Shown: positions 28,459 to 37,673, counted from the first letter of the stretch. The stretch is DNA of 64,000 bases from Verrucomicrobiota bacterium (GCA_049510745.1 JBEKYR010000011.1:32001-96000), one strand, 5' to 3'. A program made the numbers and translations. Notes: generated by a model not told the origin, from the sequence alone.

Positions 28459-30116
28459 GGGCCGTCCTTCCTTATGCCTTGGGCCAGCGGGATTATCACG
28501 GTAAATCGCGCGCCCCGGCCCGGCCCCTCGCTCTGCGCCTCGATCGAGCCGCCCAGTTCCCGCGCCGCCAGGGCGCTGCTGTGCAGGCCGAAACCGTGGC
28601 CGTCCTTTTTGGTGGTGAAACCGCGGTCGAAAATGCGGGACAGGTTTTCGGCGGAGATGCCGGCGCCGTTGTCCTGCACCTCCACGCGCACATGGCCCTC
28701 CGGCAGCAACTCGGAGCGCACGGCGATTTGTCTGTTTTTGGACTCCACCTCCGCCACCGCATCGCGCGCGTTGCCCAGGAGGTTGACCAGGATGAGCATG
28801 AGTTTGCGCCGGTCCACGAGGAGGGAAAAGTCGATGGTGTAATCGCGCCGGATGCGGATGCCGAGCCGGTCGGCGCCGGCGATGGCAATGGCTACGGAGT
28901 CGTCGATCAAGGCGGAGATGGAGACCGATTCGGCGCGGCCCGCGGGGCCGGTGAGGAACTGCTGGCGGCTGACGACGTCTTTAATATGGTTGACGGAAAC
29001 GGTGAGGCGGCGCAGTTCCCGGAGCAGGAGGGCCTGTTCGTCGCTCCAATACCGGGCCAGGGTTTCCAGATAGCCCGGCAGCTTTTGGCCGCGGGGATCG
29101 GTCGCCACGAATTGGGCCAGATCGTCCGCATGGGAGCGGACCAATTCGGCCACCTGGATCAGGGCGGAGAGGCGGGAATGGGTGACGCGCTCGATGGCCG
29201 TCAGTGCGGAGACGTTGACGTTGTTGAGGACGTTGCCGACGTTATGCAGCACGTTGCTGGCCACCTCTTCCATGCCGGCCAGCCTGGCGGCATTGACCAA
29301 CTGAAGGTTCAAGGCGGCGTTGAGCGCCTCTTCGCGCCTGGCCCGGGTGATGTCGCGGGTGAAACAGCGGGCATGGACCAGCGTGCCGTCGCGGCGCAGA
29401 GCGTCGAGGGAAATGAGCACCTCCACCACCGAGCCGTTCTTGCACAGGAGTTGGGATTCAAAGGTGGGGACCGTTTCGCCCCGGGCCAGTTGTTCGAGGG
29501 CGGCGCGCAGTAGTTGGGGGTTCTGGTGGAATTGGGCGGCCGGCCGCCCCAAATACTCCTCGCGCGCGTAGCCGGTCAGGTCCAATTCCGCCTGGTTGAC
29601 CCGGAGGATGAGGCCATCCGGCCCGGCCCAGTGCAGGCCGATGGGGGCGTGTTCGAAGAAGTCGGCCAGGTCGTGTTCATTCTGGCGGAGTTGTTCCAGG
29701 GCGGTCTGGCGCAGTTGGCGTTCGCGCCGCTGGGCCAGCGCGCGCAAGACGGCGGGCCGCAGGCGCGGCAGGTGCTCCTTGGACACGCAATCGGTCGCGC
29801 CGCGTTTCAAACAGTCCACCGCCAGTTCCTCTCCCATGGTCGCGGAAACAAAGATAAAGGGGGTTTCCGGCGCCTGGCGGAAGCTCCACTCCAACGCTTC
29901 CCCGCCGCTGAAGGAGGGGAGGTTCCAGTCGGCCAGGATGAGGTCGAACTCCCGGGTTTGCAGGGCTTGTTGGAAATCGTCCCGGTTCTGCGCCAGCACG
30001 ATCTCGGCGTTGAAAATTCCGTTGCGCAACTCGTTTTGGATAAGCTCGGCGTCGCGGGCGCTGTCTTCCAGGTGAAGCACGCGCCACGGCGCCGCCATGA
30101 CATCGTCAGATTCCAT
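28455..30116 (-). CDS. Sensor kinase REC-PAS-HisKA-HATPase
   Basis: VLHLED, PAS, VASNVLHNVGN, GFTTKKDGHGFGLH; overlaps downstream kinase by 4 nt. Confidence 0.93.
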   Translation of the reverse strand: MESDDVMAAPWRVLHLEDSARDAELIQNELRNGIFNAEIVLAQNRDDFQQALQTREFDLILADWNLPSFSGGEALEWSFRQAPETPFIFVSATMGEELAVDCLKRGATDCVSKEHLPRLRPAVLRALAQRRERQLRQTALEQLRQNEHDLADFFEHAPIGLHWAGPDGLILRVNQAELDLTGYAREEYLGRPAAQFHQNPQLLRAALEQLARGETVPTFESQLLCKNGSVVEVLISLDALRRDGTLVHARCFTRDITRARREEALNAALNLQLVNAARLAGMEEVASNVLHNVGNVLNNVNVSALTAIERVTHSRLSALIQVAELVRSHADDLAQFVATDPRGQKLPGYLETLARYWSDEQALLLRELRRLTVSVNHIKDVVSRQQFLTGPAGRAESVSISALIDDSVAIAIAGADRLGIRIRRDYTIDFSLLVDRRKLMLILVNLLGNARDAVAEVESKNRQIAVRSELLPEGHVRVEVQDNGAGISAENLSRIFDRGFTTKKDGHGFGLHSSALAARELGGSIEAQSEGPGRGARFTVIIPLAQGIRKDGP

Positions 30117-30185
30117 TGCCGACTTGAATTCGGCAAGAAAACGCGCCCGGTTTCAAGGCAAATCAAAAAAAAAGGCGGCGCCCGC

Positions 30186-30212
30186 TAAAGTCCTGGCCGG
30201 GGCTGCCGATAG
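30186..30212 (+). promoter_or_regulatory. Sigma-28 (FliA) promoter of first flagellin
   Basis: TAAA-N15-GCCGATAG vs consensus TAAA-N15-GCCGATAA. Confidence 0.88.
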
Positions 30213-30217
30213 GTCAG

Positions 30218-30361
30218 TTGTCGAAAGACAATGGCGTTTTGGCGGCCACAAAAGGCCAAACGGGAAACCGGCGAATGCCCGCGCGAAAATTCGCCAACAC
30301 GACACGGATGTTGTGTGCAAACTCCCCGCAAGGGGGTGACTCAAGGAAAGAGTTTAAGCAT
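30218..30361 (+). promoter_or_regulatory. Structured 5' leader with CsrA-type GGA hairpins (copy 1)
   Basis: Series of hairpins incl. CACGAC-ACGGAT-GTTGTG and GACTC-AAGGAAA-GAGTT over the RBS; conserved with covariation in copy 2. Confidence 0.7.
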
Positions 30362-31180
30362 ATGGTCATTAATACAAATATGGCGGCCATTACGTCCGCC
30401 AGTAACCTCAATAAATCAACCGACGAACTGAACAACGCGTTGGCTCAACTCTCATCCGGCTCAAAAATTACGAGCCCCGCCGATAACCCGGCCGGTTTGG
30501 CCGAGTCCATCGGTTTGAATGCGCAAATCGGCCAGACCAACGCCGCCAACTCCAACGTCAGCAACGCCATCTCCTTCAGCCAGACCCAGGATGGGTATCT
30601 GCAACAGGTGGGGGCCGCGCTGGATCAGATGAGCACACTGGCGGTCGAGGCGCAGGACCCGACCAAGAGCACCGAACAGTTAGCCGACTACAACCAGGAG
30701 TTCACGGCCCTGGCGAACTACATCACCAACACGGCGAGCGCCAGCTTCAATGGCGTCAGCTTGTTTGCCGGCACCGACGGCACGGCCAGCGGTCTGACGA
30801 TCACGACCAATGGCAACGGCGGCACGTTCCAGATGACGGCCGTCAACCTGGGCGCCTCGGCTTACACCACCGCGACAGCCTCGAATATCTCGAGCACGAC
30901 GGCAGCGGCTACGGCGCTGACCAACGTCACAGCCGCCATCAGCGCGCTGGCCACGGATCGCGCCAATGTCGGCGCGAACGAAGAAACGTTGACCTATACA
31001 GGCGACGAATTGGGCGTGCTCGCGGACAACCTGACCGCCGCCAACAGCAACCTCACGGATGTGGACGTGGCGACGGAGAGCACCAAGTACGCCGAATACC
31101 AAATCCTCGTGCAGTCCGGCACGTCGATGTTGGCCCAGGCCAACCAGAATCCTCAGTCCGTGCTCAAACTCCTGCAATAA
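30362..31180 (+). CDS. fliC: Flagellin (272 aa)
   Basis: INTN, LSSGSKI, AISFSQTQDG, FNGVSL, DVDVATE, MLAQANQNPQSVLKLL. Confidence 0.96.
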   Translation: MVINTNMAAITSASNLNKSTDELNNALAQLSSGSKITSPADNPAGLAESIGLNAQIGQTNAANSNVSNAISFSQTQDGYLQQVGAALDQMSTLAVEAQDPTKSTEQLADYNQEFTALANYITNTASASFNGVSLFAGTDGTASGLTITTNGNGGTFQMTAVNLGASAYTTATASNISSTTAAATALTNVTAAISALATDRANVGANEETLTYTGDELGVLADNLTAANSNLTDVDVATESTKYAEYQILVQSGTSMLAQANQNPQSVLKLLQ

Positions 31181-31210
31181 GCAGCCGGTTTAACGATTCG
31201 GACACGCAAG

Positions 31211-31247
31211 TCGGGCGGCGATTGACGCCGCCCGATTTTCCTTTTTT
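31211..31247 (+). terminator. Intrinsic terminator after first flagellin
   Basis: TCGGGCGGCG-ATTGA-CGCCGCCCGA followed by T-rich tract. Confidence 0.8.
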
Positions 31248-31285
31248 CCCCGGCCGTTTTCCCCGGCGGAACCCTCCCTGACCGC

Positions 31286-31312
31286 TAAAGTTTTTCCCGC
31301 CGCCGTCGATAT
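31286..31312 (+). promoter_or_regulatory. Sigma-28 promoter of second flagellin
   Basis: TAAA(GTTT)-N15-GTCGATAT. Confidence 0.8.
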
Positions 31313-31317
31313 TATCG

Positions 31318-31459
31318 TTGTCTAGCTAGGCACTGGCGATTGGCAGCCACAAAGAGCCAATCGGGAAACCGGCGGAAGCCCGTGTTAAAATCCGCCACAC
31401 GACAGGGATGTCGTGAAGTACAACTCCCCGAAAGGGGTGACTCAAGGAAAGAGTTAGTT
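31318..31459 (+). promoter_or_regulatory. Structured 5' leader with CsrA-type GGA hairpins (copy 2)
   Basis: Same hairpin series as 30218-30361 with compensatory changes. Confidence 0.7.
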
Positions 31460-32278
31460 ATGGTAATCAATACAAACATGGCGGCCATTACGTCCGCCAG
31501 CAACCTCGATAAGTCAACCAACGAACTGAATAACGCGTTGGCGCAGCTCTCATCCGGCTCGAAAATTACGAGCCCTGCCGATGACCCGGCCGGTTTGGCC
31601 GAGTCCATCGCTCTGGGCGCGCAAATCGGCCAGGTGAACGCCGCCAACTCCAACGTCAGCAACGCCATCTCCTTCAGCCAGACCCAGGATGGGTATCTGC
31701 AACAGGTGGGGGCCGCGCTGGATCAGATGAGCACGTTGGCCGTCGAGGCGCAAGACCCGACCAAGACCACCGCCCAGTTGTCCGACTATAACCAGGAGTT
31801 CACGGCTCTGGCGAACTACATCACCAACACGGCGAGCGCCAGCTTCAATGGCGTCAGCTTGTTCTCCGGCACCGATGGCACTGCCAGCGGTCTGACGATC
31901 ACGACCGATGGCAAGGGCGGCACGTTCCAGATGACGGCCGTCAACCTGGGCGCCTCGGCTTACACCACGGCGACAAACTCGAGTATCTCGAGCACGACGG
32001 CAGCGGCCACGGCGCTGACCAACGTCACAGCCGCGATCACCGCGTTGGCCACGGATCGTGCCAATGTCGGCGCGAACGAAGAAACGTTGACCTATACAGG
32101 CGACGAATTGGGCGTGCTCGCGGATAACCTGACCGCTGCCAGCAGCAACCTCACGGATGTTGACGTGGCGACGGAGAGCACCAAGTACGCCGCATATCAA
32201 ATCCTCGTGCAGTCCGGCACGTCGATGTTGGCCCAGGCCAACCAAAACCCTCAGTCCGTGCTCAAACTCCTGCAATAA
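31460..32278 (+). CDS. fliC: Flagellin, tandem paralog (272 aa)
   Basis: About 17 substitutions vs first copy by manual comparison. Confidence 0.96.
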   Translation: MVINTNMAAITSASNLDKSTNELNNALAQLSSGSKITSPADDPAGLAESIALGAQIGQVNAANSNVSNAISFSQTQDGYLQQVGAALDQMSTLAVEAQDPTKTTAQLSDYNQEFTALANYITNTASASFNGVSLFSGTDGTASGLTITTDGKGGTFQMTAVNLGASAYTTATNSSISSTTAAATALTNVTAAITALATDRANVGANEETLTYTGDELGVLADNLTAASSNLTDVDVATESTKYAAYQILVQSGTSMLAQANQNPQSVLKLLQ

Positions 32279-32314
32279 GGAGAGTGGGCACTACTGGTTC
32301 GGTTTGACACACAC

Positions 32315-32340
32315 CTCGGGCGGCCTTTGGGCCGCCCGAG
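32315..32340 (+). terminator. Hairpin after second flagellin (terminator or attenuator; no U-tract)
   Basis: CTCGGGCGGCC-TTTG-GGCCGCCCGAG. Confidence 0.55.
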
Positions 32341-32409
32341 TGAAACATTTTAAGAGACCTGAATTGATCCGAGAAACTTGAACGCAAGCGAAAGATAGAG
32401 CAAAAGACT

Positions 32410-34236
32410 ATGTCAGCCGTCAGTTCCAGCAGCAGCAGCCTCGCCATGTCCGGTTTGGCCTCGGGCATCAATTGGATCAACATCATCAACGACATGGTGG
32501 CGGCGGAATCGGCCCCGATTACCAAAATGCAAGCCCAGCAGACCACCATCAATTCGCAGAATTCCGCCTATCAAACCATTGGCACCGATCTGACCAATCT
32601 GCAAAAGGACGTCACCACGCTCTCCTCGCCCGACTTTTTCCTGAGCGCCACCACTTCCAGTTCCGACTCCACCGTGGCCACCGCCACTTCCCAATCAGGG
32701 ACCCCTCTGGGCACTTATACTTTCGCGGTCTCCCAACTGGCCACTGCCACCGTCCAAAACGGCTCCACTGTTTCCGCCCAACCCATCAGCTCCACCAGCG
32801 ATGTCTCCAATGTGGATTTGGACAGCACCGCCTTCGCCGACCCGATTACTGCCGGAACCTTCACCGTCAACGGCCAGACCATCACCGTCGCCGCCAGCGA
32901 CAGTTTGCAGTCCGTGTTCACCCAGATCTACAACGCCACGGGCGGGGCGGTCACGGCCAGTTACGATCCCTCCACCGACGGGATCGAGCTTTCGAGCAGT
33001 TCGCCCATCACCCTGGGCAGCAGCGCCGACACCAGCAATTTTCTCCAGGCCACCCAACTCTATACCAACGGCACCGGCACCGTGACCAGCCTCAACGCCC
33101 TGGCTGGCATCGATCTCAATGCCGTTGCCAGCCAATCCAATCTGGCCAAAGCCATCAACGACGGCGGCAATGGGAAGGGAGCGTTCCAGATCAACGGCGT
33201 GACCATTAATTTTGACGCTTCCACCGACAGCGTCAACGACATTTTGCAGTCGATCAATAATTCCGCCGCGGGCGTGACGGCCACTTACGACGGAGCCAAC
33301 AGTCGTTTCGTCCTGACCAACAACAACACCGGCAATACAGGCATGACCTTGAAGGACGTGACCGGCAATTTCCTGGCCGCCACCGGCCTTTCCAGCGGCA
33401 CCCCGCAGGCCGGAGTGAATTTGCAGTACAGCATCAATGGCGGCAAAACGATGACCAGTGAAAGCAACACCGTCGATGCTTCCTCCATCGGACTGACCGG
33501 CTTGTCCATCACCGCGCTGTCCCAAGGCTCGGCCAGCATCACCGTCAGCCCGGACACCAGCACCATCGCCACCGCCATCACCAGTTTTGTCAACGATTAC
33601 AACACCGTCCAGAACTACATCGGCTCCCAAACGACGGTCTCGACCACCACCTCCAGCACGACCGGTTCGACCGACTCGACCACCACGACGACCGCCACGC
33701 CGGGCCTTTTGATGGGGGATATGGACGCCGAAGGGATCGCAACCAATCTGCGCCAAGTGGTCGATGCCTCCCCGCTGTCAGGCCTGGTCAAAAATCTGAA
33801 CGACATCGGCATCACTTCCAACGGCACCGATAACACCTTGTCCACGAATTCCATTATCTTGAACGGCTCGCTGGCCAATAATCTGAGCCAAGTCAGCCAA
33901 TTGTTCACCGATTCGACCTCCGGCTTGGCCACAAAGCTCGGCAGTTACCTCACCGACACCCTGGGCGGCAGCGGCGTCGTCAAGACCAAGGAACAGAGTC
34001 TGACCAGCCAGTCCACCAGCATCAGCAACAGCATCACCACTCTTCAGCAGAAGATCACCAACGACGAAACACAGATGCAGAACGAGTTCGTGCTGATGGA
34101 AGACGCCATCAATTCGATCAACGTCTCCAAGGAATACCTCGACGCCTATTTTAACACCAGCGCCAGCGCCACCACCACCTCGGCGCCCGTCAACCAGAAT
34201 TCGTCCTCCAGTTCGTCCACCTCCTCAACGAGCTGA
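32410..34236 (+). CDS. fliD: Flagellar filament cap protein
   Basis: SGLASGINW..II..MV.AE, GTYTFAVSQLA, FVNDYN, LNDIGIT, C-terminal F..ME.AI; follows flagellins. Confidence 0.92.
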   Translation: MSAVSSSSSSLAMSGLASGINWINIINDMVAAESAPITKMQAQQTTINSQNSAYQTIGTDLTNLQKDVTTLSSPDFFLSATTSSSDSTVATATSQSGTPLGTYTFAVSQLATATVQNGSTVSAQPISSTSDVSNVDLDSTAFADPITAGTFTVNGQTITVAASDSLQSVFTQIYNATGGAVTASYDPSTDGIELSSSSPITLGSSADTSNFLQATQLYTNGTGTVTSLNALAGIDLNAVASQSNLAKAINDGGNGKGAFQINGVTINFDASTDSVNDILQSINNSAAGVTATYDGANSRFVLTNNNTGNTGMTLKDVTGNFLAATGLSSGTPQAGVNLQYSINGGKTMTSESNTVDASSIGLTGLSITALSQGSASITVSPDTSTIATAITSFVNDYNTVQNYIGSQTTVSTTTSSTTGSTDSTTTTTATPGLLMGDMDAEGIATNLRQVVDASPLSGLVKNLNDIGITSNGTDNTLSTNSIILNGSLANNLSQVSQLFTDSTSGLATKLGSYLTDTLGGSGVVKTKEQSLTSQSTSISNSITTLQQKITNDETQMQNEFVLMEDAINSINVSKEYLDAYFNTSASATTTSAPVNQNSSSSSSTSSTS

Positions 34237-34336
34237 TCCGCCCCGCGCCCAGCCGGCTGGCCGCTCGTTTTTCCTTGCCAAATGGCGGGGAGAAATCATG
34301 CTGGCGGTCGTGAAGTCTCCAACAAAAGGTCTGACC

Positions 34337-35566
34337 ATGAAAAATGCGACACGCTTTGTTTTGTTCAGTTCGACTCTGGCTCTGCTCCTCACCGCCCTCA
34401 GCGCGCCGGCCCAGGATTGGCCGCAGTGGCGCGGCCCAAACCGCGACGACAAGGTTTCCGGTTTCACGCCCCCAAAAACCTGGCCCCAGCAGTTCAATCA
34501 AAAATGGAAGGTCACCGTCGGCAAGAGCGACGCCTCCCCCGCCCTGGTCGGCGGCAAATTGTTCGTTTTTTCCCGGCAGGAAGACGACGAAGTCATCCAA
34601 TGCCTGGACGCCGCCACCGGCGCGGCCCTTTGGAGCAACAAATACGAGGCCCTGGCGCCGACAGGCCCGGCGGGCAGGCACGCCGGCCCGCGCAGTTCGC
34701 CCGCCGTTGCCGAAGGCAAGGTCGTCACCCTCGGCGTCCGCGGCGTGCTCTCCTGCCTGGAGGCCGATTCCGGCAAATTGCTCTGGCGCAAGGATGAGGT
34801 TCACGGCTGGCCCGACTTTTTCACCGCCGTGTCGCCCCTCGTGCTTAACGGCCTTTGCATCGCCCAGCTCGGCGGCAAGTCCAACGGCGTCGTCGCCGCC
34901 TACGATCTGGCCACCGGCGCGGAAAAATGGAAATGGCCCGGCGACGGCCCCGCTTACGCCTCGCCCGTGCTCATGCAGGTCGGCGACGCCAAATTGATTG
35001 TCACGCAAACTGACAAACGAGTCGTCGCCCTCAACCTCAGCGACGGCAAGCTGGCCTGGGAAACGCCCTTCGCGCCGCAGGGCATGGGCGCGGCCAACGC
35101 CGCCACGCCGATCATCGACGGCCAAACCCTCATCTACACCGGCACGGGGCGGGGAACAGTCGCGGTCAAATTGGAGAAACAGGGCGATTCTTTCACCGCC
35201 ACTCCCCTTTGGAGCAATTCCGACAATTCGCCCCGTTTTTCCACGCCCGTGCTCAAGAACGGCCTGCTCTTCGGCCTCTCGCAAGACGGCAACTTCTATT
35301 GCCTCAACGCCCAAACCGGCAAGACCGCCTGGACCGAAGCTGGCGCCAAGCGCGGCGCTTTCGGCTCCATCCTCGACGCCGGCTCTGTCTTGGTGGCATT
35401 GACCCCCAAGGCGCATTTGATCGCCTTCCAACCGGACGACAAGGCCTACGCCGAAGTGGCCAGCGTCAAAGTGGCGGAGACCGAAATCTACTCGCATCCG
35501 GTACTGGCGGGAAACCGCGTGTTTGTGGAAGACCAGGATTCCGTGACGCTCTGGACGCTGGATTAG
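34337..35566 (+). CDS. Secreted PQQ-like beta-propeller (BamB-like) protein
   Basis: Signal peptide, DWPQWRGPNRD, repeated LDA.TG..LW blades. Confidence 0.9.
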   Translation: MKNATRFVLFSSTLALLLTALSAPAQDWPQWRGPNRDDKVSGFTPPKTWPQQFNQKWKVTVGKSDASPALVGGKLFVFSRQEDDEVIQCLDAATGAALWSNKYEALAPTGPAGRHAGPRSSPAVAEGKVVTLGVRGVLSCLEADSGKLLWRKDEVHGWPDFFTAVSPLVLNGLCIAQLGGKSNGVVAAYDLATGAEKWKWPGDGPAYASPVLMQVGDAKLIVTQTDKRVVALNLSDGKLAWETPFAPQGMGAANAATPIIDGQTLIYTGTGRGTVAVKLEKQGDSFTATPLWSNSDNSPRFSTPVLKNGLLFGLSQDGNFYCLNAQTGKTAWTEAGAKRGAFGSILDAGSVLVALTPKAHLIAFQPDDKAYAEVASVKVAETEIYSHPVLAGNRVFVEDQDSVTLWTLD

Positions 35567-35570
35567 TCGG

Positions 35571-37028
35571 TCAAGAGTGCGGCTGGCGCGGCAGGCGGCC
35601 TATCCAGATGGCCCCGGCGGCATGATGCCATTCCAGCGGCGGCAATCTCGGTTCGGTCACGCTGGTGATCTCCAACCGGTCCTGCGGACGCATCTTGTCC
35701 ACCCAGGGCCGATAGGCTTCCCACGCATACCGGTTCCACTGAATGTTGCGGTAAATCTTCAGGTCCGCTTCGGGCATGATGGCCGATTCATAACCGAGGA
35801 TATAGCGCCAGTCGCCCTGAGGGTTCTTGTAAAACGTGTTGAAGAAAAATGAAAAATCGGCGCCGTAGAAAATGCCGTCGTGGTCGGGCATCCAGCCTTG
35901 CATGTCGGGTTGGCTGCCGTCCACAACCGCCTCGTGCAGGGTGGAGGTGTAGCGGCTGTCGAGGTCGCTGGTCGTATCAAGAAAGAGCGCCAGGGAAACC
36001 ATGCCGCAAACCGCCAGGCGCCGCGCCGGCCAGTCCGACCACGCCTCTTGGATTCCCTCATCGAATTGCGTCGCCAGCCACGCCAGGCCCGCCGCCAATC
36101 CCCAGTCGGCCCAGAACCGCCCCGCTTTCAGCGCCAGCACCCAGCAGACGGCCATCATCCAGAACACCGGCGATCCGAAAAGGTCCGGCCCGCCTTTGCC
36201 GCGCTGTCGGCGCCAGAGCCAGACGAATCCCAGCACCAGCAGGGCGCTGAATTCCCCGTCGCTGGGCTGGAGTTCGCCCACCAGCGACTCGGCGGGCACC
36301 CCGCCCCGCGAAAGCGCCCCCGCCCAAACCAGGTTCTGCTGCAAGAACTCGATGGGCCGGCCCGTCAACACCGCGCCCAGGAGCGTCCCGGCCACCCAGC
36401 AAACCGTCAAACCTATTGTTGCCCGCCGCCAGCCCGCCAGAAAAAACGCCGCCAGGAGCAGGCCGTATAAATACCATGTCCCGTGCATCCACGTGGCCAG
36501 CGCGAAACCCGCCGTGCTCCCGGCGAGTTTCCACCACGACGGCTTTTCGTCCCGCTCGCGGGACCAGGCCAGGAGCAGGCACAGCAGAACACATTCGCTG
36601 ATTAAAAACGGGCGGCCTTGCATCCAGCGCGGCATCAATCCCGGCAGCGGGACGGTGAAGGCGAGCAAGGCGGCCAGCCAGGCCTCCGGGTGGCGCAGCC
36701 AAGGCAGCCCGGCCCCCAGAATCAGCAGCAACAAGCCGCCCGCTGAAAAGACCATCAGCCCGTCCTCGTCCAGCCCGGTCGCGCGATGCAGGCGGCGCAG
36801 CCACCATTCCCAGCCCGGACTGAAATCCATGTGATAGGTCGGGCCGAGCACCAGGATTTGCGGATACTCCTTATCAGTCACCGCCTTGGCCACGTAGCGC
36901 CGGGCGTCTCCGATGGGCACGAACCCATAGCCGAGGACTTTGAGCACGATGCCCAGGCAGGCCGCCACGACCATCAGCCACGCCAGCAGGGGAGCGTAGC
37001 GTTGGAGCAGACCGGAGCCGTTATTCAT
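35571..37028 (-). CDS. Polytopic membrane protein, possibly GT-C glycosyltransferase-like
   Basis: Many TM helices; GDARRY in first loop, GRP, GELQP, RFWADW. Confidence 0.65.
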   Translation of the reverse strand: MNNGSGLLQRYAPLLAWLMVVAACLGIVLKVLGYGFVPIGDARRYVAKAVTDKEYPQILVLGPTYHMDFSPGWEWWLRRLHRATGLDEDGLMVFSAGGLLLLILGAGLPWLRHPEAWLAALLAFTVPLPGLMPRWMQGRPFLISECVLLCLLLAWSRERDEKPSWWKLAGSTAGFALATWMHGTWYLYGLLLAAFFLAGWRRATIGLTVCWVAGTLLGAVLTGRPIEFLQQNLVWAGALSRGGVPAESLVGELQPSDGEFSALLVLGFVWLWRRQRGKGGPDLFGSPVFWMMAVCWVLALKAGRFWADWGLAAGLAWLATQFDEGIQEAWSDWPARRLAVCGMVSLALFLDTTSDLDSRYTSTLHEAVVDGSQPDMQGWMPDHDGIFYGADFSFFFNTFYKNPQGDWRYILGYESAIMPEADLKIYRNIQWNRYAWEAYRPWVDKMRPQDRLEITSVTEPRLPPLEWHHAAGAIWIGRLPRQPHS

Positions 37029-37081
37029 CCACTGTGGTTATGCCGCCCCCCGCCCCGCCGTCAAGCCCAGAAACCAGCCTT

Positions 37082-37297
37082 CTCGCGCAGAGGCGCGGAG
37101 GGCGCAGAGAAAAACTGTTTTCTTGCTCCGTCTCTGCGCCCTCCGCACTGCAATATGCACGAATCATTCATTTTCGGAAAGATTTCCAACCACGGATTTC
37201 ACGGATGGAAAACCCGCCGCTTCTTATCCGTGACATCCGTGAAATCCGTGGTTGCATTTCTTTGGTCGCGGCTGGCCGCGCTTTGCCTCTGCGCGAG
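37082..37297. repeat. 29-bp perfect inverted repeat whose right arm is split by an insertion
   Basis: Left arm 37082-37110; right arm = 37131-37146 + 37285-37297. Confidence 0.85.
37147..37284. mobile_element. 138-bp inserted non-autonomous element containing a CACGGAT/ATCCGTG palindrome
   Basis: Removing it restores the host repeat exactly; ends ACTGCAAT... and ...TTTGGTCGCGGCTGGCCGCGCTTT. Confidence 0.75.
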
Positions 37298-37673
37298 TAT
37301 TCCCACTCGGAGCGTTTTCACGCAGCGGGAACGCTTCATTCCCTGATCAACACAAGACGAGGAAATTTGTCCCGCACCCTTTGCCTGCGGAAGGCAGAAT
37401 TCTTGGTTGACAAGTCAGGGGAAAGCCCCACAATCCCTTCCGCAGTTAAAAACTGATCCAAGCCCGTGACGGGTTCTGTCAGTGGCATTTTTCGACCCCG
37501 CCGGGGGCTGAGGAAAGGTGGAAATGAAGCAGACGGATTTGTGGCGTGACAGAGTGGCGAAGGCTGCGCGATGCCGAAAGAAAGCGATAATATGCGATTA
37601 TGCGGGACCCGTTTACGTTTGTGGCGAGATTGATTTATATAAATCACTGCAACAACTCTTACCGTTCATTACT

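Noticed and set aside
30240..30300. c-di-GMP-I/II or cobalamin riboswitch in the flagellin leader
   Set aside because: By eye it lacks the GGCAAAC...GACGCAAAG, GGGCAC/GTGCAAC and B12-box signatures; kept only as an unclassified structured leader
32348..32375. Sigma-28 promoter for fliD
   Set aside because: The -10-like TCCGAGAA has a poor or mis-spaced -35
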